A stretch of 62,923 nucleotides of DNA, filler included. It is 6 parts of 6 records of this genome, joined end to end, with 100 filler letters (N's around TTAATTAATTAA, not from the genome) between each part and the next. Parts side by side here need not be neighbours in the genome. Positions count along the whole stretch, not along the records: positions 1 to 3,324 come from SRR20825010_2557; positions 3,425 to 27,381 come from SRR20825010_2558; 4 more parts are not named here. One strand, written 5' to 3'. The stretch's first letter is position 1. Every line of letters begins with the position of its first letter. Made by a program: the position numbers and the translations under genes. The notes below the pieces were generated by a model. It was given only the letters and a program-made list of their open reading frames with translations. It made no database searches and was not told where the DNA came from. Shown here one piece after another: positions 1 through 10,074 of the stretch.

Positions 1-1
1 C

Positions 2-376
2 AACATCATGATCAAGGGGCCGATCCAGCAATTGCGGCTGTTCACCCCCATCGCCGCCGACAAAACCCTGGTCGAAAGCTACATCTACCGGCTGGTGGGC
101 GCGCCCGACATGCTTCTGGAGCGCACCGCCATGTACAACCGCATGATCAACGCGCCCACCTCCATGGTCGGCCATGACGATCTGGAAATGTATGAGCGCG
201 CGCAGGAGGGCCTGCACTCCGACGGTCTGGAATGGGTCAATGTCCAGCGCCTTTACCAGGAAGGCGAGAATTTCGACGAGATCGCCGTCGAGAACGGCAC
301 CACCGAGCGCCAGATGCGCAACCAGTTCCACGCGTGGGAAAAATACATGACGATGACGATGGAAGGAGACGCGTGA
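2..376 (+). CDS. Rieske aromatic ring-hydroxylating oxygenase alpha subunit, C-terminal part (5' truncated)
   Basis: DDLEMYERAQEGL helix with the Fe-ligand Asp and C-terminal E-x-Q-M-R-x-Q-F-x-x-W; its stop overlaps the beta-subunit start (TGATG at 374-378). Confidence 0.85.
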   Translation, partial: NIMIKGPIQQLRLFTPIAADKTLVESYIYRLVGAPDMLLERTAMYNRMINAPTSMVGHDDLEMYERAQEGLHSDGLEWVNVQRLYQEGENFDEIAVENGTTERQMRNQFHAWEKYMTMTMEGDA

Positions 377-858
377 TGAAGGCTCCCACCCGCGAAGACC
401 TGATCGACTTCGTCTATGAAGAAGCCCGCATGCTGGACGATGGCCGGTTCGACGAATGGCTCGATCTGTGGACCCATGACAGCTTCTATTGGATGCCGCT
501 CGACTACAATCAGGAAGACGCCAAGCACGTCACCTCGCTGCTGCATGAAGACGCCTTCATGCGCAAGCTGCGCGTCGAGCGCTTCAAGGGCGAGCGCACC
601 TTCTCGCAAAAGCCGAAGACCCGCTGCCACCACGTTCTGAACCGCCCCTTCATCGACCATATGGACGAGGAGAAGGGTGAGTATGTCACCCACACGGCGT
701 TTCACTATGTGGAGACACGGCTCGACGACCAGATCCTTCTCGCCGCCACGGCGCGCCACGAGTTGAAACTCATCGAGGGAAAGCTGAAGATCACCCACAA
801 GCGCGTCGATCTGCTCAATTCCGATGCCGCCTTCGGCAATATCCAGATGTTCCTTTGA
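376..858 (+). CDS. Aromatic ring-hydroxylating dioxygenase beta subunit
   Basis: FVYEEARMLDDGRFDEWLDL, SQKPKTRCHH and KRVDLLN motifs; ATG 376 follows GAAGGAG. Confidence 0.9.
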   Translation: MKAPTREDLIDFVYEEARMLDDGRFDEWLDLWTHDSFYWMPLDYNQEDAKHVTSLLHEDAFMRKLRVERFKGERTFSQKPKTRCHHVLNRPFIDHMDEEKGEYVTHTAFHYVETRLDDQILLAATARHELKLIEGKLKITHKRVDLLNSDAAFGNIQMFL

Positions 859-871
859 AAGCGCGCAGCAG

Positions 872-2512
872 ATGAAATCGCAGACCCCGCCGTTCGACAC
901 CGTGTTCGCGGCCTTTGCCGACACCGCCGGGCGCTGGCCCGAGCGCCCCTTCCTGCACGTGCTGGAGGAGACGGCCACGGTCTACGACATTCCCGCCGGC
1001 GAACTCTCCTATGGCGCGGCGCTTGCCGAGATCGAGCGGTTGAGGAACGCCTATGCCGCCGGGGGTTATCGCACGGGCATGCGCGTCATGCTCCTGATGG
1101 AAAACCGGCCAGGCTTCTTCCTGCACTGGTTCGCCTTAAATGCGCTCGGGCTCTCGGTCGTGCCGGTCAATCCGGACCTGCAATCTGCGGAGCTGGAATA
1201 CATGGCCGGGCACGCGCGCCCGGTTCTGGCCGTGGCCATTGCGAGTCGCGTGGCGGATCTTGTACAGGCGGCTGCCGCCTCCGGCGTCGGCTTTCCGGTC
1301 GTCACACCCGAGGCGGACACCCCGCCGCTCGATCCGCGCTTTGCCGGCATGGAAACCCCACAGAGCGCGCCGCTCACCCGCGAAGCGGCCATGCTCTACA
1401 CCTCCGGCACCACGGGCAAGCCCAAGGGCTGTGTCCTGTCGAACCTCTATTTCCTGCATTCGGGCCGCTGGTACGCGAAGGCGGGCGGGCTTTGCGCCAT
1501 GAACGAGGACGGTGAGCGCATGATCACGCCGCTGCCGATCTTCCACATGAACGCCATGGCCTATTCGCTGATGGCGATGATCACGGTCGGCGGCTGCCTC
1601 ATCGCGCTCGACCGCTTTCACCCGCGCAGCTGGTGGCAGAGCGTGCGTGACAGCCGGGCCACCTGCCTGCATTATCTGGGCGTCATGCCGTCCATTCTCA
1701 TGAAAGCCGAACCCACGAAACAGGACAGGGCGCACAATGTGCGCTTCGGCTTCGGCGCGGGCATTGATCCCAAGCTGCACGGCCCGTTCGAGGAGCGCTT
1801 CGGCATTCCGCTGATCGAGGGCTGGGCGATGACGGAGACGGGGGCCGGCGCGGTCATCGTTGCCAATCACGAGCCCCGCAAGCGCGGCACGAACTGCCTT
1901 GGCCAGCCCGGCCCGGACATCGAGGCCCGCGTGGTCGCCGACGATGGCAGCGAGGCAGCTCCCGGCCAACCCGGCGAACTCCTGGTACGCCATGCGGGCG
2001 AGGATCCGCGTTTCGGCTTCTTCTCCGAATATTACGCCAACCCCGAGGCCACCGCCGAAGCATGGGAAGGCGGCTGGTTCCACACCGGCGACATCGTCAT
2101 GCGCGACGCCGATGGCGACTTCTTCTTCGTCGACCGCAAGAAGAACGTGATCCGCCGTTCCGGCGAGAACATCGCCGCCGTGGAAGTGGAATCCTTCTTG
2201 ATGCAGCATCCCGACATCAAGGCGGCAGCGGTCGCAGCAGCCCCGGACGAGCTGCGCGGCGACGAGGTTTTCGCCTGTCTCGTGGTCGAGAGCGGCGAAC
2301 GCGATGAAGCGCGCGCCCGCGAAATCGCCGAATGGTGTCTGGACCGCGTCGCCTATTACAAGGTTCCGGGCTACATCGCCTTTGTCGACGCCCTGCCCCT
2401 GACCTCGACGCAAAAGATCCAGCGCGGCGAACTGAAAACACTGGTCGCCCGGCTTCTCAGCGATCCGGCAACGATCGACACACGATCCATGAAGAAAAGG
2501 CGCGCGGCCTGA
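872..2512 (+). CDS. AMP-binding acyl-CoA ligase (CaiC-like)
   Basis: YTSGTTGKPKG, GWAMTETG, WFHTGD, DRKKNVIRRSGENI and TQKIQR motifs. Confidence 0.92.
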   Translation: MKSQTPPFDTVFAAFADTAGRWPERPFLHVLEETATVYDIPAGELSYGAALAEIERLRNAYAAGGYRTGMRVMLLMENRPGFFLHWFALNALGLSVVPVNPDLQSAELEYMAGHARPVLAVAIASRVADLVQAAAASGVGFPVVTPEADTPPLDPRFAGMETPQSAPLTREAAMLYTSGTTGKPKGCVLSNLYFLHSGRWYAKAGGLCAMNEDGERMITPLPIFHMNAMAYSLMAMITVGGCLIALDRFHPRSWWQSVRDSRATCLHYLGVMPSILMKAEPTKQDRAHNVRFGFGAGIDPKLHGPFEERFGIPLIEGWAMTETGAGAVIVANHEPRKRGTNCLGQPGPDIEARVVADDGSEAAPGQPGELLVRHAGEDPRFGFFSEYYANPEATAEAWEGGWFHTGDIVMRDADGDFFFVDRKKNVIRRSGENIAAVEVESFLMQHPDIKAAAVAAAPDELRGDEVFACLVVESGERDEARAREIAEWCLDRVAYYKVPGYIAFVDALPLTSTQKIQRGELKTLVARLLSDPATIDTRSMKKRRAA

Positions 2513-3324
2513 TGGCGGTCCGCACCTCAAGACGGATGGGCTATGAGGGCGTGGTGCTCGCCGCGCCCGCCACCACGCCCTATCAGCGTTTCTCCAAGGA
2601 AACGGCGCATTGGTGGATCGCCCGCGCGCTGCGCCAGTCGCTTCAAAGCGCCGGCCTCAGCCCCCGCGATGTCGACGGCTTCTCGGTTTCAAGCTTCACG
2701 CTCTTTCCCGACACGGCGGTGGGGCTGACCCAGCATCTCGGCCTCACTCCGCGCTGGCTCGATCACATCCCCATGGGCGGGGCAAGCGGCGTCGTGGCGC
2801 TCCGGCGCGCCGCCCGCGCCGTGCAGGCGGGCGACGCCGACATCGTCGCCTGCGTTGCCGGCGACACCAACCATGTCGACAGCTTCCGGCGCATGCTCTC
2901 AAGCTTCAGCCGCTTCGCGCAGGATGCATCATATCCTTATGGAGCGGGCGGACCGAATGCCTGTTTCGCGCTCCTGACCGACCACTATATGAGCGCCTAT
3001 GGCGCGACCCGTGAGGATTTCGGCCGTATCTGCGTCGCCCAGCGCGACAATGCGCTCCAGAACCCGCACGCGGTGATGAAAAAGCCGCTCACCATGGACC
3101 AGTATCTCGGCGCGCGCATGATCTCCGATCCCATCGCGCTGTTCGATTGCGTCATGCCCGTCAGCGGCGCAGAAGCGTTTCTGGTGATGCGGGAAGAAGA
3201 CGCCCGCGCCGCCGGCCTTCCTTACGCGCATATTCGCGGCAGCATCGAACGCCACAACGCCTTCCCCGAAGATCCGATCCAGATGCGCGGCGGCTGGGCC
3301 ATGGATATCGACGAGCTTTACGCC
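2512..3324 (+). CDS. Thiolase-family protein (SCP2/lipid-transfer type), 3' truncated
   Basis: GGASG...AARAVQAG, NALQNPHA and DPIALFDCVMPVSGA segments; TGATG coupling to the ligase; runs into the linker. Confidence 0.85.
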
Positions 3325-3424
3325 NNNNNNNNNNNNNNNNNNNNNNNNNNNNNNNNNNNNNNNNNNNNTTAATTAATTAANNNNNNNNNNNNNNNNNNNN
3401 NNNNNNNNNNNNNNNNNNNNNNNN
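3325..3424. other. Artificial contig linker (N44-TTAATTAATTAA-N44)
   Basis: The same 100-nt spacer, with stops in all six frames, occurs five times. Confidence 0.99.
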
Positions 3425-3479
3425 CGGGGCTAACGCCCAAACGGCTCACTTCGTCGCACCCGATCATTCCTGTCGACCT
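3425..3479. repeat. Probable REP-like interspersed repeat fragment at contig start
   Basis: CGGGGCTAACGCCCAAACGGCTCAC contains the short hairpin GGGC-TAAC-GCCC and sits at an assembly break; it resembles repeats I recall from Rhodopirellula (unverified). Confidence 0.45.
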
Positions 3480-3486
3480 TCGTAAG

Positions 3487-3523
3487 AAAAAGCCCGCCAC
3501 GACTGAGTCCAATCGTGGCGGGC
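3487..3523 (-). terminator. Rho-independent terminator
   Basis: 11-bp perfect stem GCCCGCCACGA/TCGTGGCGGGC with a U-tract on the minus strand, downstream of 3556-3954. Confidence 0.8.
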
Positions 3524-3555
3524 GAGCGAGTTGATGAGGCAACAGCGTGTTCGAA

Positions 3556-3954
3556 TCAGGCCGACACACCCACATGCAAGAGGCTTAGGTTCACGTCACT
3601 TTGCGGTTGCCCCAAAAAATGAATCGTGATCTCTGCGCCAGGTTGGCCGTCTCGGACGACCGGTGCGGCATACACCGATGTGATCGCCGGGTTCTTCGCA
3701 TCTTGGGAGGTCAGCGTGCAGAACACATGTCCAGAACGAACGCGGGTCGGCACGAATTCTCGCAACAGATTCACCGCTTTCGTTTCCGACGTTTTCTGCG
3801 GTGAAAGCGTCAATTCCGAACAGAATACATCGGTTACCGAAGCACTTCCGTCAGAAGCTTGCACCGGACGGTTTGCAAGGATACCAGCAAGGCCGCCGAC
3901 GCCTCCGGTGAGCAATGTGCCAACCGCTTCACGCCGTTTCATACTACTTTTCAT
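3556..3954 (-). CDS. Hypothetical exported protein with Tat-like signal
   Basis: MKRREAVGTLLTGGVGGLAG...VQA; GAAGGAG ribosome-binding site; directly downstream of the Mn catalase. Confidence 0.7.
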   Translation of the reverse strand: MKSSMKRREAVGTLLTGGVGGLAGILANRPVQASDGSASVTDVFCSELTLSPQKTSETKAVNLLREFVPTRVRSGHVFCTLTSQDAKNPAITSVYAAPVVRDGQPGAEITIHFLGQPQSDVNLSLLHVGVSA

Positions 3955-3997
3955 GATGTCTCCTTCAATTCAGTCGACCAAGGGTGGAAGCACATTC

Positions 3998-4828
3998 TCA
4001 TTTCTTCATTTGACCTTTTTGGGCCGCAGCCTTCGGAGAAGCCGCTCCCAACTGTGGCTTGTCACCCAGTGGTCGCATTCTGACCACGGAGTTGGAACCT
4101 TTTCCGTCAAACGATTTGCCCTTGGTCCATTCACCCCGCGGCGTTTCGAAGTCATCACCAACGCCAAAGGACATGAACGCGTACGCGTAGTCACTGTTCT
4201 CGTTTTCTTGCGGGAACGAGTTCGGGATCGGATGATTTTCGGGACCGCCCAACTCTTCCCAGGCCGCGAGCCATTGATTTTGGTGCATGGTGTCGCGAGC
4301 GATCATGTAGCTCAACATGTCTTTCATGCCGGGATCGTCAGTCATTTTCCATAGCTGGACCGCGAGCATGCGTCCCGTGGATTCAGCGGTCGCGTTGGCC
4401 AGCATGTCCGCGGCAACGTTTCCGCTGGCATACACGTGACTGCAATTGAACGGCACGCCTTCGCTGTCGACCGGCATCGCGGCCATGCAGGTACCGATTG
4501 CATGTTGGATGTTCATGCCCCCCATTGCCGCCATCACCACCGGGTCTTTCGCCGCTTCTTCTTGTTCCAGCGGTGCACCTTCCAGGTTCAATGCAACAGC
4601 AGTTGCCAACATTTCAATGTGCGCCATTTCTTCCGTCCCCGTTTCGAGCAACATGTCTCGATACTTTGCCGGACCACGTGCGCCCCAAGCTTGAAAAAGA
4701 TATTGCAAGCAAACGCGAACTTCGCCCTGGACACCGCCAATGGCTTGCTGAAGAGCTTTGGCAAAGAGTGGACTTGGTTTCTCAACGCGAACGGGATACT
4801 GAAGCTTGCCACCATCGTGATAGAACAT
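3998..4828 (-). CDS. Manganese catalase family protein
   Basis: GGVQGE, QYLFQ, TEEMAHIE, ATAES and RDTMHQNQW carry the dimanganese ligands. Confidence 0.93.
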   Translation of the reverse strand: MFYHDGGKLQYPVRVEKPSPLFAKALQQAIGGVQGEVRVCLQYLFQAWGARGPAKYRDMLLETGTEEMAHIEMLATAVALNLEGAPLEQEEAAKDPVVMAAMGGMNIQHAIGTCMAAMPVDSEGVPFNCSHVYASGNVAADMLANATAESTGRMLAVQLWKMTDDPGMKDMLSYMIARDTMHQNQWLAAWEELGGPENHPIPNSFPQENENSDYAYAFMSFGVGDDFETPRGEWTKGKSFDGKGSNSVVRMRPLGDKPQLGAASPKAAAQKGQMKK

Positions 4829-4973
4829 TTATGACCTTTCGATTTCGAAGTGGGAAGAGAAGTTTCTCCAATTAGCGCATCGACCTAAGCAAGTCATGCG
4901 CCATCCCACTTCGTTACCGATCACATCATTGATGTTCTGGACTGAGCCAATCCCGCCAGCCTCATGTCACTTG

Positions 4974-7900
4974 TTACGCCCGCCGTTTGCGTTTGCGGAT
5001 CGCGTCGGAAATTCGCGGTCGCCCAAAGTCGTCGTCGAAGAAGTCTTCCGAATCGTCTTGCTTGGTTAACACATCACGCATCTCCGGTTGAGATGGTTGG
5101 TTTTGCGCCAGCAAGTTTCGTTCGAGCAAATGGCGTCGAACGAGCTTCAACAACTGGTCACGATAGCGTTCAACGTTCTGCCCCTGTTCGATCCAAGCAC
5201 GCACTTCAATCCGTTGGGATCGCTGGCCGACACAGACCAACGTTGCCTGGGGTGCCGGCGTCAGCAGCACATCCGGCTGCTCGATCATCAATTCCTGCAA
5301 CGTCCGGCACAGGTCCGCTGGTCGCTCGTCTCGCGTGACAGCAACCTCCATGGGAATCACGCATAGACGTCCCGCACCCATCCAGTTGACCACGTCGTCG
5401 CTGACGAAATTCTTGTTGGGAATGATCACTTCTCGACCATCATCGTCGGACAACACCGTCGTTCGCAGACGCTGCGCCGCGACGCGTCCGGTGAAGTTAC
5501 CGACCGTGATCAGATCGCCTAGACGAGCGGGCTTTTCAAACAACACAATGAACCCGCCAAACAGGTTGCGGACCATGTCTTGCAAACCAAAGCCCAAGCC
5601 GATCATCAAGCCAACCGCCAACCACTGGATCGTGTGCCAGCGAACTCCGATCCATTTGCAAGCGATGAAACATCCGACACTGAACAGCAGGAACCTTCCC
5701 AGCACCAACGTGAAATGTTCCATCCCTTCGTCGAATGAAACCCGTTGCAACACGAGTGCATCGAACAGGGCAGGCAACAGTTTTGCCAATTGAAAGGCGA
5801 CGAAAAGTGTTCCCGCAGCAAGCAACAGATTCATCGCGGTAACAGGCGTCGTTTCGACCACGGACTGCATAACGGTTTGTCCGGTCGCGTTGACGCTCGC
5901 CAGCTGAACAGTGTCTTCGACCGTCCATAGAACCGGGTTGCCCATCCGCACATTTGGAAACACATCGATCCAGAGCCATCCAAAGCAAACGATTGCCCCC
6001 AAGGCCAATGCACACTGACACAGAAACGCGAGGTGGTGTTTGAGCTCTAGAAAGTGTTCGCCGAGAGCACCAGCGACGCGTCCCGTTTCAAGTTCATCAC
6101 TGTCACCTGGCTCTTGAGTCGCCCCGCGCGTCCCGGTCAGCAGATACCAAAGTTCGGCGGACACATACTTCACACCGGCCCAAAGAATCGACGCAGACAT
6201 CAAGGTTGCGGCCGTGAAAATGATCCGCTGAATGATCTCATGCGTCGTGACGCTGTACCCAAGTGCAGACAAACCAATCAAAAACAACGGCAAACCGATG
6301 CCGGCGAAATACATCAGGAATCGACCGCGATGGATGACGCTACCGCAATACTTTTCAATCAACGGTTCCAGAAAACCACCGACCGGTCGCAACGCCAAAT
6401 GCATCGTCCATCCAACCAGCAACATCGCCAGAATGAATCCCACTCGAGCGACGGAACCACGCCACATCCCGTGATCGATTTGGCTCATCAATGTGATGGT
6501 GTACGCAGCGATGACCAATCCCATCCCAATGATGGTCAGGTACTTCATCGCTCGTGGGCGACGCGGCAACTCGATGTCGACATGCTGATCCAAGTACCCG
6601 TCCGCCCGCAGCCATTGCCGTGGGACTTCGATCAACCACGCTACCAAACTGCCTGCACAAAAGGCACTCGCAGCATGCAATGTTGCTTCGGACACCACAC
6701 CGGTTCCCAACCATCGACCAATCCAGAACAGGACCGCGGGAATCCCAGCGGCAACCAAAACCGTGAGCACACCGGCGTAAAGCTTCCGCTTATTCGGCGA
6801 TGCCTTCCGCATTCTCCTACGGCTTCCGATGGCGACCAACCAAGACTTCGCGATCCAACGAAGCACCAATATCAAGACGATTCCAACGAGCAACCCAATC
6901 GCCCCCACTGGACTGGCTGAGATTTTCCGCTCAAAGGTCGGGCCAAAGTCAGCACTTCGATTGGAATCGAACAAAGCCGCCATGCCGCCTTTCAGATTGC
7001 GAGCGTCACGCAGGCCGATTGGCTCATCACTGCGAATCCACATGACATGCCGATCGATTAGCATTCGGTAGTCGGTTGCCAATGACTGCGATGCGGTCGC
7101 GATAGAATCCAATTCACTGATCTTTTGCTGCTGATCCTGATAACCGACCTGCAGCGAGCGAATCCACGCAGCTCGTTGACGCAGCAATTCCTCCACTTGC
7201 AAACGCAGCGGATCGCCATAGCGGTTTGCGTCGTAACCAACATCACCGAGAACTTGCGCCGATTGCTGTTCCGGATCCGAACCATCCAACCGGATCAGGT
7301 CGAGTTCCAATTGTTTTTGTCTCGCCTTCCCAAGTGCTTCGCTGGCCAAAGCCGTCTGGCTGTTTTCAATTTGCCACTGATCCAGCTGATCCTTTTTGTG
7401 ACGAAGCAACAAACCAATCGTCGGTGTCAAACCGTGGCGTGTGAGCTTTTGATGGACGTCTTCGTAGTCCGAACGCGTTGCATCGAATTGTTCCTTGGCA
7501 TCGTAAAGGCGAGTCGCAAGTTGGTTGTAACTCGTTGCAAGTTCGATCCATTGCTGAACCAAATCCACGTTTTGATTTGCGATGTCCGCCGCAATGGGAT
7601 CTGATGTTTGAGCGAGCGAGCGGAATCGCATTTCGGATTGCTGAGCGGCTCGCACATGCATGTCGGCGTAGGGCGATTGTCGCCACTCGTCGGACTCTCC
7701 GCGTTGGCGTGGCAGCAACGGATAGCTCACCGTTTTTGCTTCCGTGGCATCTGCGCCATCCCACTCCGACGTGGTGCGGGCCAAATCTGAATCGGTGCGG
7801 GACCATCCCGACGCTGTGCGGGCTTGTCGGTTGAGATTCAGAGGCGATGCTTCAGACGACGCTGTGTACCTTTTTTCGACGGGCCGAGTTTGCAGCTGCG

Positions 7901-8357
7901 AATCGCCCAACCGCGACGACCGCGAATCAGCGAACGAACTGGACGGATTGCCGGAAGTGAACGCGTTGTTGGAGGTGAACTCGGGAGGCGACAAACGTCC
8001 TCGCGTCGAAGTTTCGGAGTGTCCGTGTTCGGTGTAACCCGGGCTCGCGCTGACTGATTCGGTTTGGGTTGCCCAACCAGGACTCGACGAAATGACAGTC
8101 GAAGACGTGACGTTTGATGAAGTGAAGGGAGGCGGCTTGGGAGTCGTCCAAACAATCTCTTGCGCGTCTGCGATGCTGATGGTGAGCCACACCAATATGC
8201 AGCAGATAAACCACAGCAAAACGGTCCACCGCCTGCCGATGGAGCGATCGATATCAATTGCCGATGCCGTGGCATGAGCCAGCGAAATTCGCATTTGCGA
8301 ATGAGTGGAACGAGACGTCGATCTCAGTGGGTGGCTCATCGGGACCACTGCGTGCAA
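4974..8357 (-). CDS. Large MscS-family (MscK-like) mechanosensitive channel
   Basis: GLGFGLQDMVRNLFGGFIVLFEKPARLGDLITVG and IIPNKNF...VNW; many TM helices; long helical N-terminus. Start uncertain. Confidence 0.88.
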   Translation of the reverse strand: MHAVVPMSHPLRSTSRSTHSQMRISLAHATASAIDIDRSIGRRWTVLLWFICCILVWLTISIADAQEIVWTTPKPPPFTSSNVTSSTVISSSPGWATQTESVSASPGYTEHGHSETSTRGRLSPPEFTSNNAFTSGNPSSSFADSRSSRLGDSQLQTRPVEKRYTASSEASPLNLNRQARTASGWSRTDSDLARTTSEWDGADATEAKTVSYPLLPRQRGESDEWRQSPYADMHVRAAQQSEMRFRSLAQTSDPIAADIANQNVDLVQQWIELATSYNQLATRLYDAKEQFDATRSDYEDVHQKLTRHGLTPTIGLLLRHKKDQLDQWQIENSQTALASEALGKARQKQLELDLIRLDGSDPEQQSAQVLGDVGYDANRYGDPLRLQVEELLRQRAAWIRSLQVGYQDQQQKISELDSIATASQSLATDYRMLIDRHVMWIRSDEPIGLRDARNLKGGMAALFDSNRSADFGPTFERKISASPVGAIGLLVGIVLILVLRWIAKSWLVAIGSRRRMRKASPNKRKLYAGVLTVLVAAGIPAVLFWIGRWLGTGVVSEATLHAASAFCAGSLVAWLIEVPRQWLRADGYLDQHVDIELPRRPRAMKYLTIIGMGLVIAAYTITLMSQIDHGMWRGSVARVGFILAMLLVGWTMHLALRPVGGFLEPLIEKYCGSVIHRGRFLMYFAGIGLPLFLIGLSALGYSVTTHEIIQRIIFTAATLMSASILWAGVKYVSAELWYLLTGTRGATQEPGDSDELETGRVAGALGEHFLELKHHLAFLCQCALALGAIVCFGWLWIDVFPNVRMGNPVLWTVEDTVQLASVNATGQTVMQSVVETTPVTAMNLLLAAGTLFVAFQLAKLLPALFDALVLQRVSFDEGMEHFTLVLGRFLLFSVGCFIACKWIGVRWHTIQWLAVGLMIGLGFGLQDMVRNLFGGFIVLFEKPARLGDLITVGNFTGRVAAQRLRTTVLSDDDGREVIIPNKNFVSDDVVNWMGAGRLCVIPMEVAVTRDERPADLCRTLQELMIEQPDVLLTPAPQATLVCVGQRSQRIEVRAWIEQGQNVERYRDQLLKLVRRHLLERNLLAQNQPSQPEMRDVLTKQDDSEDFFDDDFGRPRISDAIRKRKRRA

Positions 8358-8575
8358 TCAGTATGGCGGCGAAACCGCCGGAAAGATTTGGCCGTCGGCG
8401 GAGAACGGACACCGTTTCAATACGGAAATTTGAGTTTGATCGCCACAGCGATCGTGTTTCACGCCGCGGAGAGCGACAAAACAGCGAACCCAGGCAAAAT
8501 GCAGCAACTCGTAACGGCCTCGCGGACGCATTAGACTTCCACGTTCCGTACTCTTTTTCCGATCAGGAACTTCCG

Positions 8576-9946
8576 ATGGCTATCCGACGTTTGATTCGAA
8601 GTGCTCTATTCTCGTCAGGCATTTGTGGCCGGTCGGCAAAACGATTGTTGTTGCTCGGAACTTTGCTGATTTTTGGCGGCAACGCGATCGCAGAGGATTG
8701 GCCTCAATGGCGAGGCACTGATCGCGATGGCAATTGGACCGAGACCGGGATCGTAACTGAGCTGCCTGAAGGCCAACTTCCGCTGAAATGGTCGGTAGCA
8801 ATCGGTTCAGGCTACAGCGGACCGACCGTGGCTGACGGACGCGTCTATGTCACCGACCGTCAATCGGAGCCCAATGAAATCGAACGTGTGCTGTGCTTCG
8901 CAGAATCAGATGGCAGTCTGATCTGGGAACAGTCTTATCCAGCCGCTTACGAAATCGGCTATCGAGCCGGTCCGCGTGCCAGCGTCACTGTTCATGAAGG
9001 AAAGGCATTGGCGGTGGGTTCAATGGGACATTTTCATTGTCTCGATGCTGCCAATGGAAACATTCTTTGGAAACACGATCTGCATCAGGAATACGATATC
9101 GACATGCCAGCTTGGGGCATCACTGGTGCTCCTCTTGTAGTTGTCGGCGACACCGATCAGCCCATTGTGATCCAGATCGTCGGGGGTTCGGACGGGGCGT
9201 GCGTGGTTGGATTTGATTTGGCAACCGGCAAAGAAGTATGGCGTTCGCTTGATGAACGTGCCTGCTATTCCGCTCCGATCCTGATTCAACAAGGCGGCAA
9301 AGATGTCGTCGTCTGCTGGACGGGAGACAGCATCAGCGGATTGTCTCCTTCGACCGGCGATGTGTTCTGGAGCATCCCGTTCCCTCCGTCTCGTATGCCG
9401 ATTGGAGTCGCCACACCCGTCGTCAATGACAACCTTTTGTTTGTGACTTCGTTCTACGATGGTTCGATGATGGTCGAGTTGTCCGCGACCGAACCAACCG
9501 CGAAGAAAAAGTGGCATCGAGTCGGTGTCGACGAAAAGAACACACGTGCTTTGCAATCAATCATCAGCACACCGGTCATGCGTGACGGATACGTCTACGG
9601 TGTCGACAGCTATGGCGAACTGCGGTGCCTCGATGCAGAGACCGGCGAACGGGTATGGGAAGACACCACCGCGGTTCCGCGAAATCGCTGGGGCACGATC
9701 CACACTGTGGTCCATCAACAAGCGGGATCGCAAACGGATTGGATGTTCAACGATCAAGGTCAACTAACGATCGCACATTTGACGCCAGAAGGATATCAAC
9801 CGCTCAGCCAAACACATTTGCTTGACACAACCACTGTTCAACTGCCACGCCGCAACGGTGTCACCTGGTCTCATCCCGCATACGCTAACCGCTGTATCTT
9901 TGCCAGAAATGACAAGCAATTGGTGTGCGCATCTTTGGAGGAATGA
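8576..9946 (+). CDS. PQQ-binding-like beta-propeller protein (planctomycete type)
   Basis: Signal peptide then DWPQWRG; GSGYSGP; repeated CLDA-x-x-G-x-x-x-W; WSHPAYAN...FARN. Start 8576 preferred over 8258. Confidence 0.88.
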   Translation: MAIRRLIRSALFSSGICGRSAKRLLLLGTLLIFGGNAIAEDWPQWRGTDRDGNWTETGIVTELPEGQLPLKWSVAIGSGYSGPTVADGRVYVTDRQSEPNEIERVLCFAESDGSLIWEQSYPAAYEIGYRAGPRASVTVHEGKALAVGSMGHFHCLDAANGNILWKHDLHQEYDIDMPAWGITGAPLVVVGDTDQPIVIQIVGGSDGACVVGFDLATGKEVWRSLDERACYSAPILIQQGGKDVVVCWTGDSISGLSPSTGDVFWSIPFPPSRMPIGVATPVVNDNLLFVTSFYDGSMMVELSATEPTAKKKWHRVGVDEKNTRALQSIISTPVMRDGYVYGVDSYGELRCLDAETGERVWEDTTAVPRNRWGTIHTVVHQQAGSQTDWMFNDQGQLTIAHLTPEGYQPLSQTHLLDTTTVQLPRRNGVTWSHPAYANRCIFARNDKQLVCASLEE

Positions 9947-10074
9947 ACGCCGAATAAGAGTCGGCATTGCCCGGTCCACTTGTGTTCCAACGCGATTGGG
10001 ATAGGGTTGCCTTCGTAGGGGGGATCACTCATTTTGTCGGGATTCGCCCAGTCCATTTTTCTAGGATCAAATTG

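Noticed and set aside
1136-2530. Long antisense ORFs (also 29774-30766, 31488-32867, 46681-47985, 50927-51871)
   Set aside because: They lie opposite well-supported genes and show no motifs; expected shadows of GC-rich codon usage.
8258-8575. N-terminal extensions in the ORF track (also 232-375, 824-871, 2332-2511, 25905-26189, 29018-29161)
   Set aside because: They overlap neighbouring genes and precede the signal peptide or coupled start; downstream starts fit better.
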